A stretch of DNA of 63,622 bases, counting the filler, from Stramenopiles sp. TOSAG23-2 (taxonomy: Eukaryota), in NCBI GenBank assembly GCA_900128395.1. It is 30 parts of 30 records of this genome, joined end to end, with 100 filler letters (N's around TTAATTAATTAA, not from the genome) between each part and the next. Parts side by side here need not be neighbours in the genome. Positions count along the whole stretch, not along the records: positions 10,675 to 12,705 come from LT652099.1; positions 12,806 to 14,835 come from LT652100.1; positions 14,936 to 16,964 come from LT652101.1; positions 17,065 to 19,091 come from LT652102.1; positions 19,192 to 21,218 come from LT652103.1; positions 21,319 to 23,345 come from LT652104.1; 24 more parts are not named here. One strand, written 5' to 3'. A program made the position numbers and the translations under genes. The notes under the pieces are model-generated. The model did not search any database and was not told where the DNA came from. It worked only from the letters and a program-made list of their open reading frames with translations. The first letter of the stretch is position 1. Each line of letters begins with the position of its first letter. Shown here piece after piece: positions 12,013-22,950 of the stretch.

Positions 12013-12705
12013 TCATTGAAACCATCTCATTGTACCTTTCATATGTGGTACATGTTCAGGTAATACATGTTTCCATTTTGATATTGATTTACTTTTCCTC
12101 AAAGACCTATCAGTAAATGCATCAAATTCATCTTTATATTTATTAAATGCTTCACGTCCATAATTTTTAAAATATACTAATAATTTTAACATATGTTGAA
12201 TGTACTCATTATCACGTTCAATACGGAAAATAGAAACTCCACGTGTTGCATTATATGATACATACCAACCACACGTACCTATGCAAACATATATAAAAAA
12301 TATATAAAATTTTGTTAGAGATAAAACCACAACTATAGTAGAGAAGAAAAGTGTTTTATCATACGACTTTATTGAATACTTACAATATGGACCGGTACAT
12401 AATATTTCCATTTGCAATTGTGGTATATGATATGCTGGTATACATTTAATTGATGGTTTATCAATAATAGTAAATCGACCACCTTTATTATTATTAAATG
12501 GTCGTCGCCATCCTCCACTACTACCACCACTTTTATTATCAGCATATGGACAAGAACATTTGACCTCGACAATTTGCAATTCACCATTTTTCAATACAAG
12601 TGTACCATCTGGACTTGCACCAATTAATGGTAAATCATCTAATGAAACATCATAAACATCTTTCACATTTTCTAAAATGGTTTCCGATAATAAACAACCA
12701 GTTTC
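12013..12705 (-). CDS. YqaJ/lambda-exonuclease-like PD-(D/E)XK nuclease, 5' truncated, with a probable 105-nt intron (12383-12279)
   Basis: ETG...IGASPDG...VEVKC...YHIPQLQMEI...IFRIERD; GTAAGT donor and TAG acceptor bracket an out-of-character 35-codon insert. Confidence 0.88.
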   Translation of the reverse strand, partial: ETGCLLSETILENVKDVYDVSLDDLPLIGASPDGTLVLKNGELQIVEVKCSCPYADNKSGGSSGGWRRPFNNNKGGRFTIIDKPSIKCIPAYHIPQLQMEILCTGPYCKYSIKSYDKTLFFSTIVVVLSLTKFYIFFIYVCIGTCGWYVSYNATRGVSIFRIERDNEYIQHMLKLLVYFKNYGREAFNKYKDEFDAFTDRSLRKSKSISKWKHVLPEHVPHMKGTMRWFQ

Positions 12706-12805
12706 NNNNNNNNNNNNNNNNNNNNNNNNNNNNNNNNNNNNNNNNNNNNTTAATTAATTAANNNNNNNNNNNNNNNNNNNNNNNNNNNNNNNNNNNNNNN
12801 NNNNN

Positions 12806-14031
12806 AATCTATTGATAAAGAAGCAAAATCATTTTGGCCAAATATATGTTGTAAAGAACGCCGAGATACAACATTGGAAGTTTGTGAAGACTCAGATAAA
12901 AAAATTGAACGTGAAAATATTATACCATTTGCATTATCACAAGGTGGAAATTACAGTCGTCATAATTTATACGTAGAAGTGACCGACACGATTAAATATA
13001 AAGGTTATTTACATCAAGGTATGATTAAGTTATTGGATTCGCTTAAATTAATTCGTAATAACAAGAAACAAAACGCAAAAGAAAAGGTTGACAATTTCTT
13101 TAATGGTGTTTCCTTATGTGGTCCACGAATTTTGGATGCTCCTGGAAACCCGGAAAATAAATTATGTGAATTGTTTGTTCCATATAAACATGCAATGAGA
13201 AACTTTTACAGTTTAATTGAAAATCTGTACATGCAACCAATGCCAATCCAGACCTCATCGTCATTTTTAGAAACCATGGAGAAATCGTTACGTAAACGTT
13301 CAGCTGTCAAACGCATAGGTAAAAATAATATGCAACAAGTGATGCAAATGAAACCAAAATCAGAGGAAGCAACATGTGCTGGCGGCTCGAAATGGCCATC
13401 AGAGCTGAAGCAGAAGAAAACTGTGTTTTGTAGTGGCTACAACCATTTAGATTTAAGTGATACGAATATAAAAAATGTGGCTGTGCATTATTTGAAAAAT
13501 GACATTGTTTATAACAATACAAAAATGTTTCGTTTGTCCAAGCAGCTTCGGTATCAAGTAACAGACACCTCCTGCCCTGCGCCATTGTTCACCCCAAAAG
13601 ATATTTCTATCCAGCGGGTTGCAATGGATACGTTAGGCAACGAAACGGAATGGGTTGCCGTAGTAAATTTAAATACGCAAGATAAAAATGGGTATTTACA
13701 AAGTGAATTGCCATATTGCGAGTCAAAACCGTATCTGATTGGTGCAAAAACAATCGTTAAAGCCTATGTGGATAATGACAATGATTGTAATGGGCTGGTC
13801 GATTATGAGAAATGTAAAGATAATTGTGTTAAAGAATGTAGTTTTGGAAAAACTACAGAATTCTCATCGTATTGTGACACAAGTTGTGAAAATAAGTTAA
13901 AAAAATTGAAAGACAAACACCACAAACATTATTCCAAAGACGTGGTGGTGACGGGAACGCAATATACAGTGACGAGTTCACATGTTATTAGGAGGAGGCG
14001 ACTGTTGCAAAATCGGAATAGTGGGTGCTAA
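12806..14031 (+). CDS. C-terminal part of a Cys-rich, probably secreted protein ending in RRRRLLQNRNSGC
   Basis: Frame is open from the contig start; many spaced cysteines. Confidence 0.75.
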
Positions 14032-14146
14032 ATTTTGTTCCTGATAACTCGTGCATAATTTATTTTATATGTGTGCACGCTCTTGTATAAAAATAAGAAC
14101 AAAAGTTAAAAGATAATTTAAATTTCTAGGCTCAAGGTTCTTTATA

Positions 14147-14835
14147 TTACCAACGACAATCTCCCCCATCATAATTACATTCTTTCGCCGTACAAGTTTC
14201 ATCGCAAATACCGTCACCCGATACTTTTCTACTCCAACATGTTTTTGAACACAACGGTTTGCAATCTAATGACTTGTCAGTATTACATGCTATATTTCCC
14301 GAAAAATATGATTCTATTTTATTGTTTCCGATTAATTGTTTTAAATCCTCATTAACATTTGTAATATTATTATCTCTAGCATCTAAATATTGCAAACCTT
14401 TGAACTCCGACAAATACAATGGGAGTGACTTCAAATTGCAACGAGCAACACCTAGGTGTGCCAGACTATCTTTAAGGGATTCATCTGGAAATTGTATTAG
14501 GTCATTGCCATTCAAATACAAAAAGGCGAGACTGGGAAATTGCTTTTTATCAAATCGAGTGTTTATGGTAATTTTATTTTCTCCAAGGTGAAGGTATGTC
14601 AATGAAGGCAAACTAATGCTAGAATGAGGTATTTTCATTCCTACATTATTGAATAATGCAACCCCATCGACATTTGGATGCTCCCACAACGATTCTTCAT
14701 TGTACCTAGTAATATTATTATACATCAAATGCAATTTATTCAATTTTTCCCACTTCCGAACATTCACATTAAACTCCTCCAACCGGTTGAACGATATCTC
14801 AACATCCACCATCTCCGTCAACTGCTCCATTCTCA
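14147..14835 (-). CDS. LRR + C-terminal LNR (Lin-12/Notch repeat) protein, 5' truncated; paralogue of 32245-33968
   Basis: LxxLxLxxN repeats; ends CSKTCWSRKVSGDGICDETCTAKECNYDGGDC. Confidence 0.9.
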
Positions 14836-14935
14836 NNNNNNNNNNNNNNNNNNNNNNNNNNNNNNNNNNNNNNNNNNNNTTAATTAATTAANNNNNNNNN
14901 NNNNNNNNNNNNNNNNNNNNNNNNNNNNNNNNNNN

Positions 14936-16094
14936 CATATCATTACTTAGTCAGTGAATTTTTCATGATTGCACCATTAAGCATTACGCATGATTTGTTT
15001 TTTAAACTTAGTAAAAGGGAACAAGCTGATTTAATATGGGAATATTTATTTGTGAAGCGTTTGCCAATTTCAGAAGCCCAACTTGGTGTATTAACAACGT
15101 TACAAATGTTAGGTTTGGAAGATTATATAAAAAGTAAAGATTTGAATGCAATACGAACATGGTATGCAAAGCAAGATCCATATCAATATGCTCGTCGTGT
15201 GTTTAAAATTGCAGGTGTGAAATATGCCGTCATGACAAATGTTCCATTTGATGAAGATGAAGCAAAATATTTCCGTAGCGATGATAATGGTGGTGATGAT
15301 AACAATAATATTAGCAGCAATAAATATCCTATCCCAACATTTTTAAAAACGGCATTACGTATCGATCCTTTATTAAAAGGTGATTGGGGAACCATTTGTA
15401 AATGTTTAACTTTGGAAAAATTACCGCATGATATAGAAGGATGCAAAGAATATTTACGAATATGGGCACGTAGAATCAAACCAATGTATTTAATGGCAAG
15501 TACACCAGCTGATTTTCAATATGGTCCACATGACAAACCACGGCAGGAAGGATGGCCATCTGCAACAGAATTAATTGATGATGTGATGATAGTCATAGCG
15601 AAAGAATTAAATTTACCATTAGCAATGAAAATTGGTCCATGGAGGGGTATGTCACCTGATTTGAATCCATGTGGCGGCGGCGATGGTGTAGTAGTAGCAG
15701 ATGTAAAACCTTTGCGTGAGTTATGCTTTAAAAATCCAGATGTGAAATTTCTAGCAACCTTTCTTTCACGAGTAAATCAACATGAAGTGTGTGTATTGGC
15801 GCAAAAATTTCGTAATTTACATTTATATGGTTGTTGGTGGTATTTAAACAATCCAAGTATTATTGAGGAAATGACGAAAATGCGTGTGGAAATGTTAGGA
15901 ACTGCATTTACGGCACAACATAGTGATTGTAGAATATTAGATCAATTAATGTATAAGTGGAAACATAGTAGAAAAGTTATTAGCAATGTATTAGTAGAAT
16001 ACTATTTAAAATTATATAAAGTTGGTTGGTCATTAACGCAACATGATATAGTAACAGATGTGAATCGATTTTTAGGTGGTAGCTTTGAAGAATT
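14936..16094 (+). CDS. uxaC: Uronate (glucuronate) isomerase, Bacillus halodurans-type amidohydrolase fold; partial
   Basis: YHYLVSEF, VMTNVPFD, LRIDPLL, KFLATFLSRVNQHE, GCWWYLNNPS, QHSDCRILDQLMYKWKHSR. Confidence 0.9.
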
Positions 16095-16570
16095 NNNNNN
16101 NNNNNNNNNNNNNNNNNNNNNNNNNNNNNNNNNNNNNNNNNNNNNNNNNNNNNNNNNNNNNNNNNNTAAATGATTTTATTAATATGATATTTGTTCGCAG
16201 AGTCTACCGTGTTTGTAATAATTTTGAGAAAGTAAAAAATAAAAAATATTTATTTTTTATAATATAATATAATATATTATATGCATATATATTAAAAAAA
16301 AGAAAAAAAAAGTCAATTTTTTTATACGACACACACTTCATTTTAATAAAAATACGGTTTGTATGGGGATACTAAAATAAAAAGTCAAGAAGATTGAGAG
16401 TCAAGTCTAACATCTCAATCATCATTTTCTACCAAAGAAATAATACACTAATATTTTCTCCATCATCAGTAATTGCATAATTATATAGAACACCAGTTAA
16501 TATTTTTCCATTATCAGTAAATTAAATAAATATTATTATAATATCATTATCTAGAGGTCATCTATATATT

Positions 16571-16964
16571 TTAATTAGTTGAAGTTGCATGATATGTTTT
16601 CTTTTTCTTATGTTTGAGCAATTTTTTTCTATGTTTTTTACTTTGTAAATGTTCATTCATTTGTTTTGCATCGTTACATTTTAAATCATTACATATTACA
16701 CATATAAATTGATCATCATTTCTACGTTGATATAAAATATTATTGTAGTTGTTGCCATCTTTTATTATTGTTCTATCATTTGAATTTTTATCATCTTTTA
16801 TATCTAGATGATTGTTTTCTAGAAAAGTATATTGATTTTTTACATTTAATTCATGATATAATTTTTCAGCAAATGATACCGAACGATGCAATCCAGATTT
16901 ACAGCCAATACCTATACATATAGTATTGTTGTTGTTGTTTATACAATTATTATTGTTATTATTA
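16571..16964 (-). CDS. RapZ C-terminal-like domain followed by a U1/matrin-type C2H2 zinc finger, 5' truncated
   Basis: Extending the listed ORF upstream gives TICIGIGCKSGLHRSVSFAEKL...HLDI, then CVICNDLKCNDAKQMNEHLQSKKHRK. Confidence 0.75.
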
Positions 16965-17935
16965 NNNNNNNNNNNNNNNNNNNNNNNNNNNNNNNNNNNN
17001 NNNNNNNNTTAATTAATTAANNNNNNNNNNNNNNNNNNNNNNNNNNNNNNNNNNNNNNNNNNNNTTTCCTTCATTTCAATTTTCAAACTTTCATAATCGA
17101 GGAGTGTAAATAGAGATATATGTTTCTTGCCGCCATATTGATTGATTTTGCTGGTGGTTTGCGTGCGTGTGAATTGATGAATTTCAAACTAGGTTTACAT
17201 GATATGTGCATCGTAATAACATATAGTAGGGGAATAGCATTAGAAACCATAATTTGAACATGAAAAAATGTGTGCACATTTTGGTACTTATTGGTGTAAA
17301 TGGGTCCGACAATGCGAAAGTTACCTTCTGCAGGCAAAGATTAAAGGATTAGTGTTCCAAAAAAAGAATTTTAAAACGGCAAATAAAAGTATCGCACAAA
17401 AGTTATTACTATTATTATTAGGAACATTCGAGTCTTCGGTAACACCATTAGTATCAACATTGCCTTCAGTAGCATTAACATTGGGCTTACACGTTAACAA
17501 TGTGACCTTCGTGACAGGATTTTCGACTACCGGATGGTTGTAGGAGTCACGATTCCCCCATGTTGAACGAAATAAAGATTGATGTTCTTCAATCGTCATC
17601 ATTTTATTTTCTAAGGTAGTTTTAACTTTCAATAAATAATTTTGTAAATAATCATTAAATGCTTTATTTTTTTTCGACGGTCGACATTTATTTATTCCAA
17701 AATTACAACCGGAACCGCTACGGTCGAAATAATAGTTGTCGTTATTATTATTATTATTATTTGATAATGATAATGATGACTGCTTCTTCTCCTTTGGTCA
17801 TACTCTTTGCCTCTGACATCATCTTTGTGTTGGGGTTACTATTTGTATTATTTGCTCTTTGTTTTTTACTTTGGTTTGGATTATCGTTTGCCAAAGGTCA
17901 TTTGTTATTGTTTTGACATGTTGAAGTCATCATCA

Positions 17936-18504
17936 TCATGTTGTTGTTGTTAAAAAGGAACAACAATGTATGGCAATGAAAGCATTACATGAGAAAAGAA
18001 AAAAAGAGAAAGCAGAAAAAGACAAACAGAATGAACAATACACAAACAGCAAGTGAAAGGGCCAATATTGTTTGCTTATTTGCGCACAGTGAATGGCACA
18101 GAGTATTCCATCAATAAAGATGCCTGCAAAGAACTTGGGTTGCTGCAAGATGATCATGAAGCCTAAAATGGTGATGCTGCATTTACAAACAAAGAACTCA
18201 AGAAATTGAAAGATGTTGGTTTTGTATGGGATGTAGTTCAATTTAATTTTGACAAACATTTCAAAGTGTTACAAGAATGGAAAACAAAAAATGGAAAACA
18301 TCAAGTCATGATCGTACAGCGCTTCATTGTATTAGTAGTAATAAACAAGAAGAAAAATATACAATTGAATATGATGATGGACAGAAAGAAACAATAAATC
18401 TTGGTGATTGGTGTCATAATCTAAGAAGAAAAAGGACTAAAAATGGTGTGATGCAAATACACACACAACATTATTACAAACACAAAACCTCTCAATATGA
18501 ATAA
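17936..18504 (+). pseudogene. Degenerate helicase-associated (HA) domain repeats
   Basis: ELKKLKDVGFVWD, FDKHFKVLQEWKTKNGKHQV and NLGDWCHNLR, split over different frames with stops. Confidence 0.6.
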
Positions 18505-19191
18505 TAATTCACTAATTTGCAAAACAACAAGGTATGGGGCAGCCATATGCATGGCTGTTCCCATTGGCTATATCCCAATTCCAATAATGCCTAGAACTGC
18601 ATATGATATATGGAGAAGAATCTCCTTTGAAGGTAAGTACTCTATATTTTGGCACTGTATAATGAATGAAATGAACTTATAATTATACTGAAAATTTTTT
18701 TACCATGCCACAGCACCTTTTAATACCAACATAGAGATAGCATTGACGGCACACAAAAAACAAAAGAAAAACACAAAAATTGATTTGAATTTATTCTTCT
18801 AGCTCTATCGCCTTTTCCTATACATGGACACACCATTGCAATTTTTTTTGAATATCAAAATAACCATTTCTAAATTTGAAATTATAACGTAGGACTATTG
18901 ATAAATACATACCTGAAAATAATAATTGAATAATATATGTATATCTATCTATATATCTGTAATAGAGAGAGATAGAACAGTCATACATACATATATATAT
19001 ATATATACATACAAGATATATTTTGTTGATAATAGTGTGTGTGTGTGCAAGAACAAGGACGAATATGTATACATCCAATGAAGGTGGGGGANNNNNNNNN
19101 NNNNNNNNNNNNNNNNNNNNNNNNNNNNNNNNNNNTTAATTAATTAANNNNNNNNNNNNNNNNNNNNNNNNNNNNNNNNNNNNNNNNNNNN

Positions 19192-20540
19192 AAAATGTAA
19201 CACGTGGAAATTTAGCCAAGAAAAAAGATTTATTAAATATATTTGGGACAAGTGATTCTGAAAAAGTTTGCTTACAAATTTTAAAGCATGGTAAATTACA
19301 AGTGAGTAGTAAAGAAAGACAAGTAGAAATTGAAACGATGTTTAAAGATATTGCTCGTATAGTGACTGAGAAATGTATCAATACGCACACGAAGAAACCA
19401 TTTACTGTTTCAACGATTGAACGTGCAATGAAAGACACTTTACATTATGCAGTGAAACCATCAAAAAATACAAAGCAACAAGCTTTGATTGTTATACAAC
19501 AATTAAAAGAGCATTTACCAATTGAACGTGCACAGATGAAAATACAATTTACGCTATCTATTAAATTATTAAAACAATTGAAAAGAGATATGGCTAAATA
19601 CAATTTAGTATATCTTGAAGAAGAGTTTTCAGGTGCAAATTGTACTGTGACATGTAATATAAATCCTGGTGCATATCGATCCTTGGATGAAACATTGAAA
19701 AGTTTTTATAAATATAATCATTTACATGTAAGTGAAATTGATGTGTTGAGCATGGCGACTACTGCTACAGATGATACTCACACTGTTAGTAATAATAACA
19801 AGAACGTGGAAGAAGAAGATAAATTAACAGATGGATTTGTGAAACTTGATTTAAATGATAATGATGTTGGTACACTTACATTTCCATTGAAAAAAGATAT
19901 CCCATCATCATCATCATCATCTTCTTCTACTACAAATAAAACTGATTTTAGTGATGTAATTGAAAGTTATAACAATGATGTAAAGAATAATAATTTTGAT
20001 ACATTTAATAATACAGATACAACAACAATAACTGGTAATGCTACTGATGGAAATGTCGTTAATGACAATGTTGAACAAACGATTATCAAGAATAACAACG
20101 ATTACAGTAATAATTATAATAACAATAATAAAAAGAAAAAGAAGAAGAAGAAGAAAAATAAGCGAAGGAATAGAAATATGGAAGATCAAGTAATGGACGA
20201 TATGATAAATAATGATAAAGGCGATTTGAAAAAAGAAGAAACTGAATTGGAAGTTATTGATTTATGTGGTTATACATATGAAGCACATCGTGGTGGTTGG
20301 TTACTACGACCACCATCTGAAGCAGATATTGCAATAACAACAACAACATCATCTGATGGTACAAAAAATTTAATCGATCCAGCGGAAGAATTGAAAAGGA
20401 TAAGAAGAAATGAAAAAAATTCATGGAAATTATTTGGTGAGAAAGAAAAACCAGGTTTATGGAATCAAAAATTACAAGGATGGTTAATACAAAAAAAATT
20501 TGAAGATCGGTTGGAGTTGTTAGGTGCAATCAGAGTGTAA
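19192..20540 (+). CDS. SBDS: Ribosome maturation factor SBDS/Sdo1, 5' truncated, with long C-terminal extension
   Basis: NVTRGNLAKKKDLLNIFGT, ILKHGKLQVSSKER, IERAMKD, KNTKQQAL, LPIERAQM, INPGAYR. Confidence 0.95.
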
Positions 20541-20764
20541 AAAATTTTGTGAAAGGGGGTGTAACAATATGCGCTGAGAGATGTAAAAGCTGTTTTGTGT
20601 CAAATATTCCGTGTATATCATAGTTCGTACGTACAAGGAGAGAAAAAATATTCAATATCTCTAGATATGATGTGTATTTTTTACGTTCGTATTAAAATTC
20701 GTACCGATTATTCGTGTGTGTAAACACATATTTTAAAATCTCTACGAAACTTTTAGACTCTCTT

Positions 20765-21073
20765 TCAACTTCTTGATTCTTTAATCGTTTGTCTTAATTT
20801 TCTTTTATCGCCATTTTTAATCTTATTTCTACTACCTAATTTTCTACTACGACCTTGCTTCTTCTTTCTTACAATTGCTGCACGAACACGTTCTTTAATT
20901 TTCTCGTCTGCTTCTAAACGTTTTTTTTTTGCCCTCTTAAAGATAGTCTCTTCTGATTCTTCCACCATTTCTTCTTCTTCTTCTTCATCACTGCTACTAT
21001 CACTATCCCCGAAAATATTTTCAATTTCCGATAAATTTTCTTCAATTTCTTGTTCTTCTTTTCTGGTCGTCAT
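20765..21073 (-). CDS. Small acidic/basic protein, possibly nucleolar
   Basis: 102-aa ORF with E/D-rich N-terminal half and K/R-rich C-terminal half. Confidence 0.6.
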   Translation of the reverse strand: MTTRKEEQEIEENLSEIENIFGDSDSSSDEEEEEEMVEESEETIFKRAKKKRLEADEKIKERVRAAIVRKKKQGRSRKLGSRNKIKNGDKRKLRQTIKESRS

Positions 21074-21589
21074 TGTTAATAATAATTATACCAACAATTG
21101 CTTCTCATAAATAATAATAGTTGTTAAAATATGTGAATAATGATTGCTTCAACGATATTTATAACATTATATTGTAATATAAGTGTAAAATACACGAAGA
21201 AATCAAAGCCAATAAATANNNNNNNNNNNNNNNNNNNNNNNNNNNNNNNNNNNNNNNNNNNNTTAATTAATTAANNNNNNNNNNNNNNNNNNNNNNNNNN
21301 NNNNNNNNNNNNNNNNNNTTGAGCATATTACTTTAACACGAGAAGTGTAAAAATATTATAACTTAGATTTTAACCATCATAATATCATAACACACACACC
21401 CTTACACATACGTCATATACTTCTCATTAAACCGTATATATAGAAGATAGATCTAGATATAAAACGCACACATGTGAGGATGCGAGGCAAATATTTTTTT
21501 AATAATGTGCATCTTCCATTGATAAATATGCTTCAGTAAATTTCCTTGAATATATTTTCAAATTTGAAGGTGAGTTGTAATGAAATTTA

Positions 21590-22141
21590 TCATCCTGCAC
21601 TAAAACCATCATGATTGGTACCACAATTTTGCGTATGGCGTGTGTTCAAAACAATTTCTTTAATACGCCGACGATAGTCATCTTGAGTGGACGATGTAAT
21701 TTCATGCGTTGAATCATCAGTACCATCCAAATCCTTATAATCGTCATTGGTTGCGATTGTACGTCCACGTAATTGTGTTACAATGAAATTTTCATTACAG
21801 ACACGTATACCATCACCAACTTTTAACTCATTTTTTTGTAAACCACTACGTGCAAACGTGATAGTGTTTGTGTTAATTCTGATGACACCTGGTTCGGAAA
21901 GTTGTTTGTACGAGTTATCTTCACGATCCCCGTCCATGTTCAAATCACCTTGCGGTGTTGTCGTAAATGCATATCCCATATCGCATTGTTTGTCGGAGCA
22001 ATCTGCAGACATCCATCCACGATTACAGTTGCATTGGTCAAATGCTTCACAGTCTCCATGACCTGAACATGCATTTGGACATTCTGCATTTACATGTGCA
22101 ATCGTTGCAATTGCTAATAATACAAGAATGTATTTCATCAT
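21590..22141 (-). CDS. Secreted EGF/tenascin-like protein, Sig1/Ocm tubular-mastigoneme family-like; appears C-terminally incomplete
   Basis: Signal peptide, then ECPNACSGHGDC...CNCNRGWMSADCSDKQC...PQGDLNMDG. Confidence 0.75.
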   Translation of the reverse strand: MMKYILVLLAIATIAHVNAECPNACSGHGDCEAFDQCNCNRGWMSADCSDKQCDMGYAFTTTPQGDLNMDGDREDNSYKQLSEPGVIRINTNTITFARSGLQKNELKVGDGIRVCNENFIVTQLRGRTIATNDDYKDLDGTDDSTHEITSSTQDDYRRRIKEIVLNTRHTQNCGTNHDGFSAG

Positions 22142-22363
22142 TGTTTCGTATTTGTTGTTGTTGTTATAATATAGATTATTAATTAATATATATATATTTT
22201 TTTTCTTTTCTTTTCTTTAATGTGTGTGTGTATATTAGATGTGTGTGTGTGTATTACATATATGTATATGTTTTTATGTATGTATGTTTTTCCTAATACT
22301 ATTTACCTGTATTATTAACATCTTATGCCTTTTCTCTTGCAAATGAACGAAGGTGGCTGGCAT

Positions 22364-22767
22364 GACATATAGCATACACACAGCATTGCTTTTTGCAAGA
22401 GCATAAAAAATATTAAAAAAAGCGTTTTTTCAATCGTATTCACCTTGTAATCTTTATAACGAGATTCTTTTATGTTTTTTTTTTGGATGAAATAAATCAA
22501 CGCTGATTGGTTAAAAACATATTCGTGCCGTTGGATTTGCCAATTAGCTTGACACAGCATTATGTAGCATAGACACAAGGGAGTGTGTTTCGCAAATCCA
22601 ACGGCACGAATATGTTTTTAACCAATCAGATTGATTTATTTCATCCAAAAAAAAACACAAAAGAATTTCTCGTTATAAAGATTACAAGGTGAATACGATT
22701 GAAAAAACGCTTTTTTTGATATTTTTTATGATCTGCAAAAAGCAATGCTGTATGTATGCTATATGTC
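22364..22767. repeat. Long imperfect inverted repeat with arms of about 177 bp and a 51-nt loop
   Basis: 22364-22540 pairs with 22592-22767, with several substitutions and small indels. Confidence 0.95.
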
Positions 22768-22866
22768 TAATATATCCAATTTACAATTTTCCCTTAACGT
22801 AATTTACATGGACATACCATTACAAAGTGCCAAAAGCCAAACACACACAAAGTATATGTACATACC

Positions 22867-22895
22867 ATACAAACATATATACAGACATACATACA

Positions 22896-22941
<46 letters not shown>

Positions 22942-22950
22942 CACATATAT
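22867..22950. repeat. (ACAT)n/(AT)n microsatellite
   Basis: Runs of acat followed by at. Confidence 0.9.

Noticed and set aside
8665-16094. Apparent polysaccharide-utilisation cluster (sulfatase, uronate isomerase, with TBL esterase nearby)
   Set aside because: The genes lie on different contigs joined artificially, so there is no physical linkage.
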